Positions 35,394-46,233 of a stretch of 64,000 nt of DNA are shown here, piece by piece. The notes under the pieces are model-generated. The model was given only the letters and a program-made list of their open reading frames with translations. It did no database searches and was not told the origin of the DNA. The position numbers were made by a program, and so were the translations under genes. Every line of letters starts with the position of its first letter. The first letter of the stretch is position 1. The DNA is from a virus. Taxonomy: Duplodnaviria > Caudoviricetes. The stretch is taken from IMG/VR virus record IMGVR_UViG_3300030330_005471. One strand, 5' to 3'.

Positions 35394-35808
35394 AGAGTTG
35401 ATGAAACAACTAAAAGAAACCATTCTCAAGACTTTGAATAATGGTATTGCTTATACTCATATGACTGAACTTGAAAGAGACGAGAAGGAGCAAGAAATAG
35501 TAGAACACCTCAAGTCAAAGGGATATGATGTATTCATTGAAGAGTGCATGATATATGTCTTGGGAAAACAATGGAGTAAGATTCTTATGATGGAATTGAC
35601 CAGAAATACGCTATATTTTACACCATTTAAAGTCTCAGAAGTATCAGAAGTAGTATTTTATATTTTACAATTAGTGTCTAAGAAATATTTAGATAGTATG
35701 CCAAAGGTTGAACCTAAAGCATCAGAAAAAGAAGAGGAGATAGAAGAGGATACTGATGAAGACACGGAAGAAGATCCGAAGCCTCCACCAGATTTCTCTT
35801 TCTTATAA
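35383..35808 (+). CDS. hypothetical protein with acidic tail
   Basis: ORF in operon context. Confidence 0.6.
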   Translation: MIDEELMKQLKETILKTLNNGIAYTHMTELERDEKEQEIVEHLKSKGYDVFIEECMIYVLGKQWSKILMMELTRNTLYFTPFKVSEVSEVVFYILQLVSKKYLDSMPKVEPKASEKEEEIEEDTDEDTEEDPKPPPDFSFL

Positions 35809-36137
35809 TGATTATGAAAATGTTTTACTTAAAAAGATTAGAAGATGAATCGGGAGTTTCCGGAACCGGAAGAGTAGCTCAAGGTTTTATCTTTGATAAT
35901 GGCAAGGTTGCTGTAACTTGGCTCTCAGAGCATCCATCAGTAACTATCTATGACAATATTGGAGAAGTCCACGCCATTCATTCCCACGGAGGAAAAACTG
36001 AAGTGGTGATGGAGCCTGATTATAAAAGAGCATTTGGAGAGCTTAAATCGTTTATTGACGAGTTCTCTCTGGCCGATGCTTGTTTGTCAAAAGTTTCAAG
36101 TGAATCATCAGCGGGTAAACTGATAACTAAAAACTAG
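35808..36137 (+). CDS. conserved phage hypothetical protein
   Basis: FYLKR.EDESGVSGTG.VAQG..FDNG. Confidence 0.75.
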   Translation: MIMKMFYLKRLEDESGVSGTGRVAQGFIFDNGKVAVTWLSEHPSVTIYDNIGEVHAIHSHGGKTEVVMEPDYKRAFGELKSFIDEFSLADACLSKVSSESSAGKLITKN

Positions 36138-36144
36138 TTATTTT

Positions 36145-36636
36145 GTGACTCCTAAATACACTCTCAAACTCGATGCATCCTATCGTCCGATAGAGATAAT
36201 ACCCGTCCATAAAGGCTTTAATATGGTCTATTCTGGCCGTGCAAAATGTTTGGAGTCTTACCACACCGGTCCAACAAGAAACACGCTTTATCCGTCCGTT
36301 ATCGTCCTTAAAACGTATATATCAAAACGACGGTTGACTATAAGTTGTAATCGGAGAAATGTCATATGGAGAGACAAGAACACCTGCCAATATTGTGGAG
36401 GTGTTTTTTTGTATAAGGAACTTACGATGGATCATGTTTACCCAAGATCCTTGGGAGGTCAAAAGTCTTGGGACAATATTGTTGCAAGCTGCAAACGATG
36501 TAACAGTCGCAAGGGACACAAAACAATTGAAGAATTTGGAAAAAAACCCTTGACAAACCCGAAAAAACCTGCTATAACTATAAGAGAGTATTATAGAAAT
36601 ATTCCTTTTCCTATATCGTGGGAAAGATACATTTAG
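36145..36636 (+). CDS. HNH endonuclease
   Basis: RD..CQYCG..TMDHVYPRSLGG..WDNIVASC..CN..KG. Confidence 0.9.
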   Translation: MTPKYTLKLDASYRPIEIIPVHKGFNMVYSGRAKCLESYHTGPTRNTLYPSVIVLKTYISKRRLTISCNRRNVIWRDKNTCQYCGGVFLYKELTMDHVYPRSLGGQKSWDNIVASCKRCNSRKGHKTIEEFGKKPLTNPKKPAITIREYYRNIPFPISWERYI

Positions 36637-36644
36637 GAGTTATA

Positions 36645-37070
36645 ATGGATAAACCGCTAATAGCCGTTTCCGGAGGCTTTGATCCGGTACATATTGGCCA
36701 TGTAAGAATGATAAGAGATGCTTCTCGATATGGAGACGTGCTAGTTATTATTAATTCTGATGAATGGCTTATGAGAAAGAAGGGATACGTTTTTATGCCT
36801 TGGAAGGAACGAGCCGAAATCATGGGAAATATCAAAGGAGTAACTGTCGTTACATCTGTTGATGATTCTGATGGAACTGTGTGTGAGGCACTTATAAGGT
36901 GCAAACCTCATGCCTTTGCAAACGGTGGAGACCGAAAAGATAAAAACACACCAGAAATGGACCTGTGTGACCACATAGGTATAGAAATGATGTGGGCTGT
37001 TGGTGGAAATAACAAACCACAATCATCCTCATGGCTAATTAACAACATAAAGGAGAAAGAAAATGGATGA
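36645..37070 (+). CDS. cytidylyltransferase-like (HIGH motif) nucleotidyltransferase
   Basis: SGGFDPVHIGH, NSD..L..KKG, ANGGDR, QSSS. Confidence 0.85.
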   Translation: MDKPLIAVSGGFDPVHIGHVRMIRDASRYGDVLVIINSDEWLMRKKGYVFMPWKERAEIMGNIKGVTVVTSVDDSDGTVCEALIRCKPHAFANGGDRKDKNTPEMDLCDHIGIEMMWAVGGNNKPQSSSWLINNIKEKENG

Positions 37071-37314
37071 ATCAATATCAGATCAATTAATGGAGGTTAC
37101 AAAACTCCTCCAAGAAGCAGATGATGAAACAAGAGCTTTGTTTGCCACATGTTTTGATGCTGCGAGACAGCTTGGTGAGAAAGGTCTCACACTAAAGCAA
37201 GTCCAAGTAATTGCAATGATGGGCCAACAGACAGCCGTCAATCCTCAACTAAAGCAAATGATGAAATATTTATCAAGTATGATGCAGTTTGATCCCGATG
37301 CAGAATTTAATTAA
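37063..37314 (+). CDS. hypothetical protein
   Basis: AAGGAG RBS. Confidence 0.65.
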   Translation: MDESISDQLMEVTKLLQEADDETRALFATCFDAARQLGEKGLTLKQVQVIAMMGQQTAVNPQLKQMMKYLSSMMQFDPDAEFN

Positions 37315-37319
37315 ACAAG

Positions 37320-37345
37320 AAGCAGGCAAAAAGCCTGCTTTTTTT
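37320..37345 (+). terminator. intrinsic terminator
   Basis: AAGCAGGC-AAAAA-GCCTGCTT followed by T-run. Confidence 0.85.
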
Positions 37346-37377
37346 CTATTTAAGTTAAACAAATAGGAACACAAATA

Positions 37378-39015
37378 ATGAAATTAAATGATATATTTCC
37401 TGCGGCGCTTAAGGATGAAAGAAAATTTGAAATTGATGAAGGTGCTCTAGGTATCTTTTTTCAATATAAACTACCTGAAATCCTGAAACAGGACTTTAAA
37501 GAAGGAGAACTTGTTGATAAAGCAATAGATGCCCTCTTGTTAGCTGTCCAAGCCTCCTCCAAAGCTAGTATTGGTACGACCAATGATGAAGGTGACCCAG
37601 TATCTATAACAGAAGAGGGTGTGATAAGAAATATTCTTGCAAAAGCCTTAGCTCCTTATTTTGTTGATGGAGCAGAACCAGATACAGATATTGCCAAGAA
37701 ACTTTTCTCAACAATACTAAAAGCAAAAGAAGAAAAATTTGGAACCGGAGGAGCAGAACTAAACTTTCAAGCAGCATATTCTCCTGTCATCGCAAAATTT
37801 AAAGCAGTTATATCAAGTGTGTTGTCAAAGCTTGATAAGCAAATAGCCACAAGTCCTGTCAACATAGAAGATTTACAAACATATAAAACAGAAGTACAGG
37901 CATATGATAAAGCAGTGGATGAAATGGCCACTGTTGTCAATTCAAAAACAAATCAAGAGTTCAAAAACAATTGGGCTAAAATTACGGGAACAGTCGGCGG
38001 AATATCAGAAACATTAACGAAGGGTGATAAGATAACTGATTTTGTTGATAATGTTGTTAAAAGTGATTCCTCTGCCCGAGAAGATATCAAAGTAGAGCAA
38101 GGACCAACAGATGATATCAAGATTATAAGTAAAATTATAAGCATGCAACTTCGCCTTATTGGAGCCCGAATGGATGTCATTACTGGCAAAAAACAAAAAG
38201 GAATATCAGATTCTGATGTTAAAACTAGCCTTCGAGATGCGGAAATCGACATCGGAGAAGATGAATATGAAGCCGCAAAAAAAGAATATGAAGGAGCAGA
38301 CAAATCATCATATGCAACAGGCTTGCTAGGCTTTATAAAAAGCTTATACACAAAAGGCTCTAGAGCATTTAAAAATTTGCTTAATATTAAAGAACCCAGC
38401 GACGCTCAAGCAGGGTTACTCGAAGATATTATAGGGAATGTATATCTTGAGGAAATATCTCGATTACAAGAATCATATGAAACAGCAGGATACAATATAA
38501 CCGATGCTGCCACAGATGATACAATAGTAAAAAATGTAGTCAGACAGCTTGTAAAAAAAACAGGTGAAAGAACTCCGCTTATAGTTGCACAAGACAAAGA
38601 AGGCATCATTTTCATACAGAGAAAGGGGACTACTTATGAAGCAATATCGAGACAGGTTATTACCAATATCGTACGAAAAGATTTATTAAAGATACCCGAG
38701 CTTAAAGACTTTATGGAAAATAAGAAAGAAATACAACCAGCAGAGATAGGAATTTGGTCCGAAAACCTCGCGAAAGACAGTAGAATGATCCAAAAACTAC
38801 CGAAAATAAACAACATTTACAAAGCGTTTGAAGTTTATCTGCCCGGTATTCAAAAAACCCAAACAGCAAACCTATTATCTTTAGCAGTAACACTACACAG
38901 AAACACAAAGAGACTACCTGAAGTCAAAAAAAGAAAAGCTGTCAAAAGCTTAATACACCTAATTGAAACAGAAATGAGAAAACATAAAAATCAAGCAAAT
39001 GTAAAAAGGATATAA
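37378..39015 (+). CDS. large helical hypothetical protein (late)
   Basis: 545-aa ORF after CTATTTA. Confidence 0.7.
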   Translation: MKLNDIFPAALKDERKFEIDEGALGIFFQYKLPEILKQDFKEGELVDKAIDALLLAVQASSKASIGTTNDEGDPVSITEEGVIRNILAKALAPYFVDGAEPDTDIAKKLFSTILKAKEEKFGTGGAELNFQAAYSPVIAKFKAVISSVLSKLDKQIATSPVNIEDLQTYKTEVQAYDKAVDEMATVVNSKTNQEFKNNWAKITGTVGGISETLTKGDKITDFVDNVVKSDSSAREDIKVEQGPTDDIKIISKIISMQLRLIGARMDVITGKKQKGISDSDVKTSLRDAEIDIGEDEYEAAKKEYEGADKSSYATGLLGFIKSLYTKGSRAFKNLLNIKEPSDAQAGLLEDIIGNVYLEEISRLQESYETAGYNITDAATDDTIVKNVVRQLVKKTGERTPLIVAQDKEGIIFIQRKGTTYEAISRQVITNIVRKDLLKIPELKDFMENKKEIQPAEIGIWSENLAKDSRMIQKLPKINNIYKAFEVYLPGIQKTQTANLLSLAVTLHRNTKRLPEVKKRKAVKSLIHLIETEMRKHKNQANVKRI

Positions 39016-39016
39016 C

Positions 39017-40345
39017 ATGGCTAAAAAAAACTTAGTGATCGATACGTCGGTATTTCTTTCTGATGCGAGTTGCATCTTCAAACTCGGCAATGCCGATATT
39101 TTCATTGCTTTCAAAGTTTTGGAGGAAATTGACAAGCACAAAAAGCGTCAAGACTCCGTTGGATACAATGCTCGAAAGATTATTAAAATAATGGACGAGT
39201 TTAGAGCAAAAGGGTGCCTTTCGAATGGAGTTCGTATTGGCAAAGGTAAAGGAATATTTAAGGTTGAAGAAGGAAGGGCAAAATTGCCTGAAGGTCTTTC
39301 AATGGATGTTTCTGACCATCAGATTATCGCAACTGCACTTTATGTCAAAGAGCAATATCCAAAAAGAAAAACTGTTATGTTATCTCGAGATATCAACTTC
39401 CGAGTCATATCAGATTCTGTTGGCATCCCTGCTGAAGATTATGTTACATCTCAAGTGGTTGACGATACAGATAAGATATTCACAGGACTTTCAGAATTGG
39501 TCGTTGATGATGAATTGATTGATCAGTTTTACGCTGATGAAGAGATTATCTTTGACAAACAGTTCCAACGAGAGAGAAAGATAAGACTATATTGCAATCA
39601 GTTTGTAATGCTTATCTCGTCCTCTAACGACAAAAAGACGGCACTTGGTAGGTACTTTAGTGATACGGCTCCTATTAAGCGTGTGAACGACCATAAAAAG
39701 GATCTTTCATGGGGTGTTGTTCCGAGAAACAAAGAACAATCTTTTGCATATGATCTCTTGTTTGACGACGATGTTCCTCTTATCTCCTTGATTGGACGAG
39801 CCGGCTCTGGTAAAACTTTAATGGCAATAGCTGCTGCAATGGAACAAACGCTTGGTTTTGGAGATAAGAAATATAATAAAATTGTTATATCTCGACCTGT
39901 TCAACCAATGGGTAAAGATATCGGGTTCTTGCCCGGAGACATGAAAGAAAAAATGTTACCATGGCTCATGCCTATTCAAGATAACCTCCAAACAATGGTT
40001 GGAGATAAAGTAATGCTGGATTCTTTTATCGAACAAGGAAAGATTGAGATCGAAGCTCTTACATATATTCGAGGAAGATCTATCAATAATGCCTTTATGA
40101 TCATTGACGAAGCCCAAAACCTAACAGCCCACGAAGTGAAGACTATTATAACCCGTGTTGGAGAGAACACAAAGGTGGTTTTAACGGGCGATATTGAACA
40201 AATAGATAACCTATATACTAACGAAACTTCCAACGGCTTAACGTACGCTGTTGAGCGTTTTAAAGAATACAACCTTGCTGGACATGTTACCTTTACAAAA
40301 GGTGAACGTTCCAGAATTGCGACATTGGCATCAAAGATTTTGTAA
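39017..40345 (+). CDS. phoH: PIN-domain PhoH-family ATPase
   Basis: VIDTSV PIN; GRAGSGKT; GFLPG; RGRS; DEAQN; GDIEQID. Confidence 0.92.
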   Translation: MAKKNLVIDTSVFLSDASCIFKLGNADIFIAFKVLEEIDKHKKRQDSVGYNARKIIKIMDEFRAKGCLSNGVRIGKGKGIFKVEEGRAKLPEGLSMDVSDHQIIATALYVKEQYPKRKTVMLSRDINFRVISDSVGIPAEDYVTSQVVDDTDKIFTGLSELVVDDELIDQFYADEEIIFDKQFQRERKIRLYCNQFVMLISSSNDKKTALGRYFSDTAPIKRVNDHKKDLSWGVVPRNKEQSFAYDLLFDDDVPLISLIGRAGSGKTLMAIAAAMEQTLGFGDKKYNKIVISRPVQPMGKDIGFLPGDMKEKMLPWLMPIQDNLQTMVGDKVMLDSFIEQGKIEIEALTYIRGRSINNAFMIIDEAQNLTAHEVKTIITRVGENTKVVLTGDIEQIDNLYTNETSNGLTYAVERFKEYNLAGHVTFTKGERSRIATLASKIL

Positions 40346-40383
40346 TTTCCTTTGCTCCGAGATAATTAAGTTATAAAAAAAAT

Positions 40384-40412
40384 TTGACAAAATATAGTGA
40401 GTATGTTATAAT
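40384..40412 (+). promoter_or_regulatory. sigma70-type promoter
   Basis: TTGACA-N17-TATAAT. Confidence 0.8.
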
Positions 40413-40434
40413 ACCATTATAGTAAGGAGAAGTA

Positions 40435-41112
40435 ATGAGTTGGCTAGAAAACTCTATGAAAGAAGCAAAAAACTTAAAGGATCACTACATTATGCAAGGG
40501 GTGGATATATTCATTAAAGACAAACTCGATTCAAACATTGATGTCGATTTCGTTGTTCGATATATCTCAACCCGTCTCCCAAAGCATTTAATGATCTCTG
40601 TCGACATTATCTATGTTGGACACTTTAAGATGCTTGTTGATAGAGAAGTAACAGCCATCTATGAGGATGGAGCTATTTACTTGTCAAATGAACAAGATTC
40701 TGAAATGGACATGATCGATGATCTTATTCACGAAATAGCACACTCAAATGAAAAAAGATATCAAGATATAATCTATGGAGACGGAAAACTTGAATCTGAA
40801 TTCTTAGCAAAGCGTAGAGCACTTCAAAATGTTCTTCTCAACCAAGAGAAGAAATACAAAGTGCCAATTCATTTTGCTTTAGATCCAACATATAGTAATG
40901 TAATCGATGATTTTTTATACAAAGATGTTGGGTATAGTGCGTTGTGGCAAATGGTTCCGGGAATATTCCCCTCTCCATACGCTGCGACGTCTCTTCGTGA
41001 ATACTTCGCGAGAGGCTTTGAAGAATACTTTATGGGTAATCCAAAAGAATTAAAAGAAGCCTGTCCTGTACTATACTCAAAGATGTATAAATTACACAAT
41101 ATGGAGGACTAA
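40435..41112 (+). CDS. zincin-like metallopeptidase
   Basis: HEIAH...YAATSLREYFA. Confidence 0.65.
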   Translation: MSWLENSMKEAKNLKDHYIMQGVDIFIKDKLDSNIDVDFVVRYISTRLPKHLMISVDIIYVGHFKMLVDREVTAIYEDGAIYLSNEQDSEMDMIDDLIHEIAHSNEKRYQDIIYGDGKLESEFLAKRRALQNVLLNQEKKYKVPIHFALDPTYSNVIDDFLYKDVGYSALWQMVPGIFPSPYAATSLREYFARGFEEYFMGNPKELKEACPVLYSKMYKLHNMED

Positions 41113-41891
41113 TGCATATATCATACTCAGAACTTAAACTATGGGCGGAGTGCGCATGGAAACACAAGCTTGTATATAAGGATAAAATAAAGAAATTTGT
41201 TGGAAACGAATACACGGCTTTTGGTAGAGCATTACACCTATTGTGTGAGAATGCTATTGAAGATAAGATTCAAGAAGAAGATCATGATGACTTTTTCGAA
41301 GCTGCTTTCCAAAAAGAGATTGTGGATCTCATGAGGAAAGAAGTTGAACTTGATCAAAAGATGATAGACGATATGCTTGAACAAGCAAAGAGAATCTCTC
41401 CAAAGATTATTCCTGAAGTTGTTAAATACTTTGACAATTATGAGGTTGTTTCTGTTGAAGAAAATCTTATGCTTCCAGTGAAAGAAGTTAAAGACCTATC
41501 ATACAACTTCAAGGGTTATATTGATTTAGTCCTGAAGACATCTGATGGTAAATATCACATTATCGATTGGAAAACTTGTTCATGGGGTTGGGACGCAAAA
41601 AAGCGTTCTGATAAATTTATAACATATCAGTTAACTCTTTATAAGAAGTTTTTCTGCCAAAAGCACGATATTGATCCAAAGATGGTTGAAACTCATTTTG
41701 CCCTCTTAAAAAGAACAGCAAAGAAAGATCACGTTGAGATCTTCCGAGTAACATCTGGTCCTCGTAAAACACAAAACGCCACAGACTTGCTTATACAGGG
41801 CATCAAAACAATAAATAGTGGTGTTCATTTTAAGAACAGAAACTCATGCAAATTCTGTGAATTCAATAACACTGAGCATTGCCCGAGATAA
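41112..41891 (+). CDS. PD-(D/E)xK nuclease, RecB/Cas4-like
   Basis: GYIDLV..IIDWKT, QL..Y, C-terminal CKFC..C. Confidence 0.85.
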   Translation: MHISYSELKLWAECAWKHKLVYKDKIKKFVGNEYTAFGRALHLLCENAIEDKIQEEDHDDFFEAAFQKEIVDLMRKEVELDQKMIDDMLEQAKRISPKIIPEVVKYFDNYEVVSVEENLMLPVKEVKDLSYNFKGYIDLVLKTSDGKYHIIDWKTCSWGWDAKKRSDKFITYQLTLYKKFFCQKHDIDPKMVETHFALLKRTAKKDHVEIFRVTSGPRKTQNATDLLIQGIKTINSGVHFKNRNSCKFCEFNNTEHCPR

Positions 41892-41916
41892 AAAAATAAA
41901 AAAATAAAAAAAATAT

Positions 41917-41945
41917 TTGACAAAGCCATCACAACGTGTTATAAT
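41917..41945 (+). promoter_or_regulatory. sigma70-type promoter
   Basis: TTGACA-N17-TATAAT. Confidence 0.8.
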
Positions 41946-41972
41946 ATAAGTAAAAACAAAATGAGGTGATAA

Positions 41973-43226
41973 TTGTCAAAAATTAAAGTGTTGACTTTGA
42001 GTGACCACCCACTTTCTCCATCGGGTGTTGGAACTCAAACAAAGTACATGTGTGAAGCTCTTCTCAAAACGGGAAGATATGAGATTATAAGTTTAGGTGG
42101 TGCGATAAAGCATAAAAATTATAATCCGGTTCAAGTCGAGCCATATGGAGAAGATTGGAAGATTGTTCCGGTCGATGGCTACGGAACTCAAGATATGATA
42201 CGCTCTATCTTAAAAACAGAGAAGCCTGACATTCTCTGGTTTATGACCGACCCCCGCTTTTATGGGTGGTTATGGGAGATTGAAAATGAAATACGTCCTC
42301 TTTGTTCAATGGTTTACTACCATGTTTGGGACAACTTTCCTACACCTATGTTTAACCGTAGGTATTATCTCTCTAACGATCATATTGCCACTATCTCTAA
42401 AGTTACTGATGAAATTGTTAAACAGGCAGCACCAGAAGTAGACAGAACATACATACCACATGCGGTTCACCCCGATGTTTTTAGACCTTTTTCCGATGAA
42501 GATATCAAGAAGATAAGAGAAAACTCTTTGATTCCTGAAGATCGGGAAAAGGTCATTTTCTTTTGGAACAATAGAAATGCTAGAAGAAAGCAATCTGGGA
42601 CTCTTGTCTGGTGGTTTAAAGAATGGCTTGATAAAGAAAACTTGCATGACAAAGCTTGTCTTATAATGCACACAGAGCCAAAAGATCCTCACGGACAAGA
42701 TCTTGAACATATCATCAATCATCTAAAGCTAGAAGATAGACAGATCATGCTATCAACTCAAAAGATCTCCCCTCAAGATCTAGCATCTATGTATAATATG
42801 GTCGACTGTACCATTAACATCTCAGACGCTGAGGGTTTTGGTTTGGCAACTCTTGAATCATTATCTTGCGGAACTCCCATCATTGTCAATATGACAGGAG
42901 GACTACAAGAACAAGTTACCGACGGAAACAACGAATTCGGAATACCCATCTTTCCTACCTCAAAGTCTGTCATAGGCTCTCAGCAAGTTCCATATATCTA
43001 TGAAGATAGGATAAGCAAGAAACAGTTTCATTCTGCTCTAAACAAGATATATAAGATGGGACAAGAGAACAGGAGACAGCTTGGAATGGATGGTCGACAA
43101 CATGTATTAGACAACTACAACTTTCTTAACTTTGAAAAGCAATGGGTTGAGACAATGGATTCGGTATATGAAAAGAAAAATAGCCGAGACATCATCAACA
43201 TTATTCGTTTTAAGGAGGTTGCATAA
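41973..43226 (+). CDS. GT-B glycosyltransferase (GT4-like)
   Basis: RNARRK; EGFGLATLESLSCGTP. Confidence 0.88.
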   Translation: MSKIKVLTLSDHPLSPSGVGTQTKYMCEALLKTGRYEIISLGGAIKHKNYNPVQVEPYGEDWKIVPVDGYGTQDMIRSILKTEKPDILWFMTDPRFYGWLWEIENEIRPLCSMVYYHVWDNFPTPMFNRRYYLSNDHIATISKVTDEIVKQAAPEVDRTYIPHAVHPDVFRPFSDEDIKKIRENSLIPEDREKVIFFWNNRNARRKQSGTLVWWFKEWLDKENLHDKACLIMHTEPKDPHGQDLEHIINHLKLEDRQIMLSTQKISPQDLASMYNMVDCTINISDAEGFGLATLESLSCGTPIIVNMTGGLQEQVTDGNNEFGIPIFPTSKSVIGSQQVPYIYEDRISKKQFHSALNKIYKMGQENRRQLGMDGRQHVLDNYNFLNFEKQWVETMDSVYEKKNSRDIINIIRFKEVA

Positions 43227-44464
43227 TGAAGAAGAAGATATTTGTAAGAGGTCCCGTATTATCACAGAGTGGATACGGAGAACAATCTCGTTTCGCTTTG
43301 AGAGCGTTGAAGAGTCGAGAAGACTTATTTGATATTTATATCCAACCTATTCCATGGGGAAAAACCGGATGGATATGGCAAGAAGATGAATTACGTGAAT
43401 GGATGGATAACAGAATAGCTGAGACTCAAATACTCGGACAACAAAAACGACTAAACCCAGATATTTCACTACAGATTACAATACCAAACGAGTTTGAGAA
43501 ACTATGTCCAGTAAATATAGCATACACAGCCGGTATTGAAACAAATAAATGTTCACCTCAATGGTTGCCTAAGTGTAATGAGATGGACAAGGTACTAGTT
43601 GTATCAAACCATGCAAAAACATCATTAGTTGACACGGTTGCAACAGCAAAGAATAACCAAACCGGCGAAGAGTTTCCTTATCGTTGTGAAACTCCCGTCG
43701 AAGTTGTGTGGGAAAACACACCAAGACACGAACCAGAGGAGATAAATGGATTCGAATTACAATATGATAATAACTTCCTTGTTGTATCCCAAATGGGACC
43801 AAGAAAGAACTTTGAGAACACCGTCAAATGGTTTGTTGAAGAGTTTATCGACCAAGAAGTTGGTCTTGTTATTAAGACGAATGTTCGCTCGAACTGTTTG
43901 ATGGATTTTGAAGCAACTGAAAACATTCTTAAGAATATGCTTTCAAACTACCCAGAACGCAAATGCAAGGTCTATTTGCTTCACGGGGACCTAACCCCCG
44001 GTCAAATGACTGGACTCTATAGGAACCCCAAAATAGCCGCTTTAGTGAACATCTCTCATGGTGAAGGATTCGGACTTCCAATGTTTGAAGCTGCGAGAGA
44101 AGGTTTGCCGGTTGTCGCAATCGGATGGTCAGGACAAGTTGACTTTCTTCATGATAATGGCAAAGACTATTTCCAAAAGGTTGACTTCACAATGCAACCC
44201 GTGCAACCACAAGCTGTATGGGACGGAGTAATTGAGAAAGAATCTATGTGGGCGTTTGCTGATCAGGGAAGCTACAAGATGACCTTGAGAAGAACGCTAA
44301 AGAATATTGATAAGTGTCGAGAGACTGCTAAGGAGCTACAAGAGATTGTGAATGAGCGGTTTAGTGATGAAAGATTGTTTGAAGGGTTTTGTCATTCAAT
44401 CTACAAACCTGACCCTGAAGTTGAAGAGTGGCTAGCTGAATTAGAGGAAATGGTAGATGCATAA
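43226..44464 (+). CDS. GT-B glycosyltransferase (GT4-like)
   Basis: SGYG; RKN; GEGFGLPMFEAA. Confidence 0.88.
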   Translation: MKKKIFVRGPVLSQSGYGEQSRFALRALKSREDLFDIYIQPIPWGKTGWIWQEDELREWMDNRIAETQILGQQKRLNPDISLQITIPNEFEKLCPVNIAYTAGIETNKCSPQWLPKCNEMDKVLVVSNHAKTSLVDTVATAKNNQTGEEFPYRCETPVEVVWENTPRHEPEEINGFELQYDNNFLVVSQMGPRKNFENTVKWFVEEFIDQEVGLVIKTNVRSNCLMDFEATENILKNMLSNYPERKCKVYLLHGDLTPGQMTGLYRNPKIAALVNISHGEGFGLPMFEAAREGLPVVAIGWSGQVDFLHDNGKDYFQKVDFTMQPVQPQAVWDGVIEKESMWAFADQGSYKMTLRRTLKNIDKCRETAKELQEIVNERFSDERLFEGFCHSIYKPDPEVEEWLAELEEMVDA

Positions 44465-45308
44465 AGAAATTATATTTTTATCTGATTTTTATTACCCTGA
44501 ATTCACAGGCGGTGCTGAATTAAATGATTATTCTTTAATTTCAAGACTCACAGAGGCAAGAAATTTAAAAATTTGTAAAATGAAATGTGCAGAGGTAGAT
44601 TTGAATTTTATTAAAGATAACAAAAGCAGTAAATTTATAGTTTCAAACTTTGTCACATTACCAGAAGCGGTTAAAAAGTATCTAATTTCTGACTGTAGAT
44701 ATATAATTTACGAACACGATCACAAATATCTAAAGAAAAGAAATCCTATTTTTTATAAGGATTTTGTTGCACCCGAGCAAGAACTAGCAAATCAACAATT
44801 TTATAAAAATGCCGAGTCTGTAGTTTGTTTGACAAAACTAGCAGTTGATGTCTTTAAAGCAAATACTGGTTTGAATAACGCTTCTAGGATAGGCTCCTCT
44901 GTATGGACTGATAGTGATCTTGACTATATTAACAAAATTAGAAAGAAAAATAAGAAAAATTGTTTTGCAATTATGGATAGTGAAAATCCAATAAAGAAAA
45001 AATATCAATGCATTGAATATTGTAAGAAAAACAATATAAATTTTGAATTGATAAAAGATAACAGACACAGACACTTTTTAGATAGATTGAGCGAATACAG
45101 TGGACTAGTTTTTATGACAGGGCACTTGGAAACGTGTTGTAGGATTATCGTTGAAGCAAAAATGTTGAATTTAAAAGTCATCACACAGAAAAAACTCATT
45201 GGAGCTGCTTCTGAGGAGTCTTTTAAATTAAACGGTGAACAGTTGGTCGACGAAATTAGAAGAGTATCTGCTAACTCGGTCAATTTATTTTTTGGAGGTA
45301 AACAATGA
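44457..45308 (+). CDS. glycosyltransferase-like protein
   Basis: GGAE; ETCCRIIVEAKML. Confidence 0.6.
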   Translation: MHKEIIFLSDFYYPEFTGGAELNDYSLISRLTEARNLKICKMKCAEVDLNFIKDNKSSKFIVSNFVTLPEAVKKYLISDCRYIIYEHDHKYLKKRNPIFYKDFVAPEQELANQQFYKNAESVVCLTKLAVDVFKANTGLNNASRIGSSVWTDSDLDYINKIRKKNKKNCFAIMDSENPIKKKYQCIEYCKKNNINFELIKDNRHRHFLDRLSEYSGLVFMTGHLETCCRIIVEAKMLNLKVITQKKLIGAASEESFKLNGEQLVDEIRRVSANSVNLFFGGKQ

Positions 45309-45598
45309 TTTATTATATTGATATTGATGAAACAATAGCGGAAACACCCGTTGACCGTGATTATACAAAAAGTAAGCCAATTATGAAGAACATAGATAAA
45401 GCTAACAAACTTTATGAAAAGGGAAATACAATAATTTACTGGACAGCAAGGGGTACCGTTAGCGGCTTAAATTGGAGAACTGTAACAGAAAAACAATTTG
45501 CTGACTGGGGTGTTAAATATCATGAGTTGAAATTCGGAAAACCAAATTACGACATTTTAATTTGTGATAAGGCAATGAATTCAGAGGATTGGGAATGA
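45305..45598 (+). CDS. small HAD phosphatase
   Basis: DIDETI, WTARG, GKP.YD..ICDKA. Confidence 0.8.
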   Translation: MIYYIDIDETIAETPVDRDYTKSKPIMKNIDKANKLYEKGNTIIYWTARGTVSGLNWRTVTEKQFADWGVKYHELKFGKPNYDILICDKAMNSEDWE

Positions 45599-46233
45599 AA
45601 ATAGTTTCAGTTATTACTGCTCGCGGAGGAAGTAAAGGTGTACCTAGAAAAAACATTGTTGATGTGAATGGAAAGCCACTAATTTGGTATTCTATAAAGG
45701 CATCTTTAGATTCCATTGTAGATGAAACTTGGGTGTCAACTGAGGATAAAGAGATAAAAAAGATTTCCCTCCTCAGCGGAGCAAAAGTTATAGACAGGCC
45801 TAAACATCTAGCAGATGATATTATAATGCCAGACCCAGCACTATTACATGCGGCTGAAAATATCGATTTTGATGTTTTAGTATTTATCCAACCTTGTGCT
45901 GCTTTGATAAAGCCAAAATTTATTAATGAAGGTGTGAATTTGATAATTGAAAAAGGCTATGATTCTTCATTTGCTGTTGTTAGAGAAAGTTGGATGCCCG
46001 TTTGGACACTTGATGTCAAACCTATTGACTGGGATATTCACAGTAGACCCCGTAGGCAAGATAAGGAAGAGTGGTATAAGGAAGCTGGTATGTTCTATGT
46101 TACAACTAGAGAAGCTCTACTACAAAGTGGCTTAAGGTACAGTGGGAACATTGGGACCGTAGAGATACCCCTAAAAGACAGTTTTCAAATAGACAACTAT
46201 CAAGATTTAGAACTCTTAAGGAAGGTTTTATGA
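45595..46233 (+). CDS. neuA: CMP-nonulosonate synthetase (NeuA/KdsB family)
   Basis: ARGGSKGVPRKN, GKPLI, VSTED, RPRRQD, QID. Confidence 0.88.
   Translation: MKIVSVITARGGSKGVPRKNIVDVNGKPLIWYSIKASLDSIVDETWVSTEDKEIKKISLLSGAKVIDRPKHLADDIIMPDPALLHAAENIDFDVLVFIQPCAALIKPKFINEGVNLIIEKGYDSSFAVVRESWMPVWTLDVKPIDWDIHSRPRRQDKEEWYKEAGMFYVTTREALLQSGLRYSGNIGTVEIPLKDSFQIDNYQDLELLRKVL

Noticed and set aside
36145-36636. Mobile intron/homing element
   Set aside because: Free-standing HNH gene with no interrupted host gene visible
41112-41891. CRISPR Cas4 adaptation gene
   Set aside because: Stand-alone RecB/Cas4-like nucleases are common in phages; no cas1/cas2 or array
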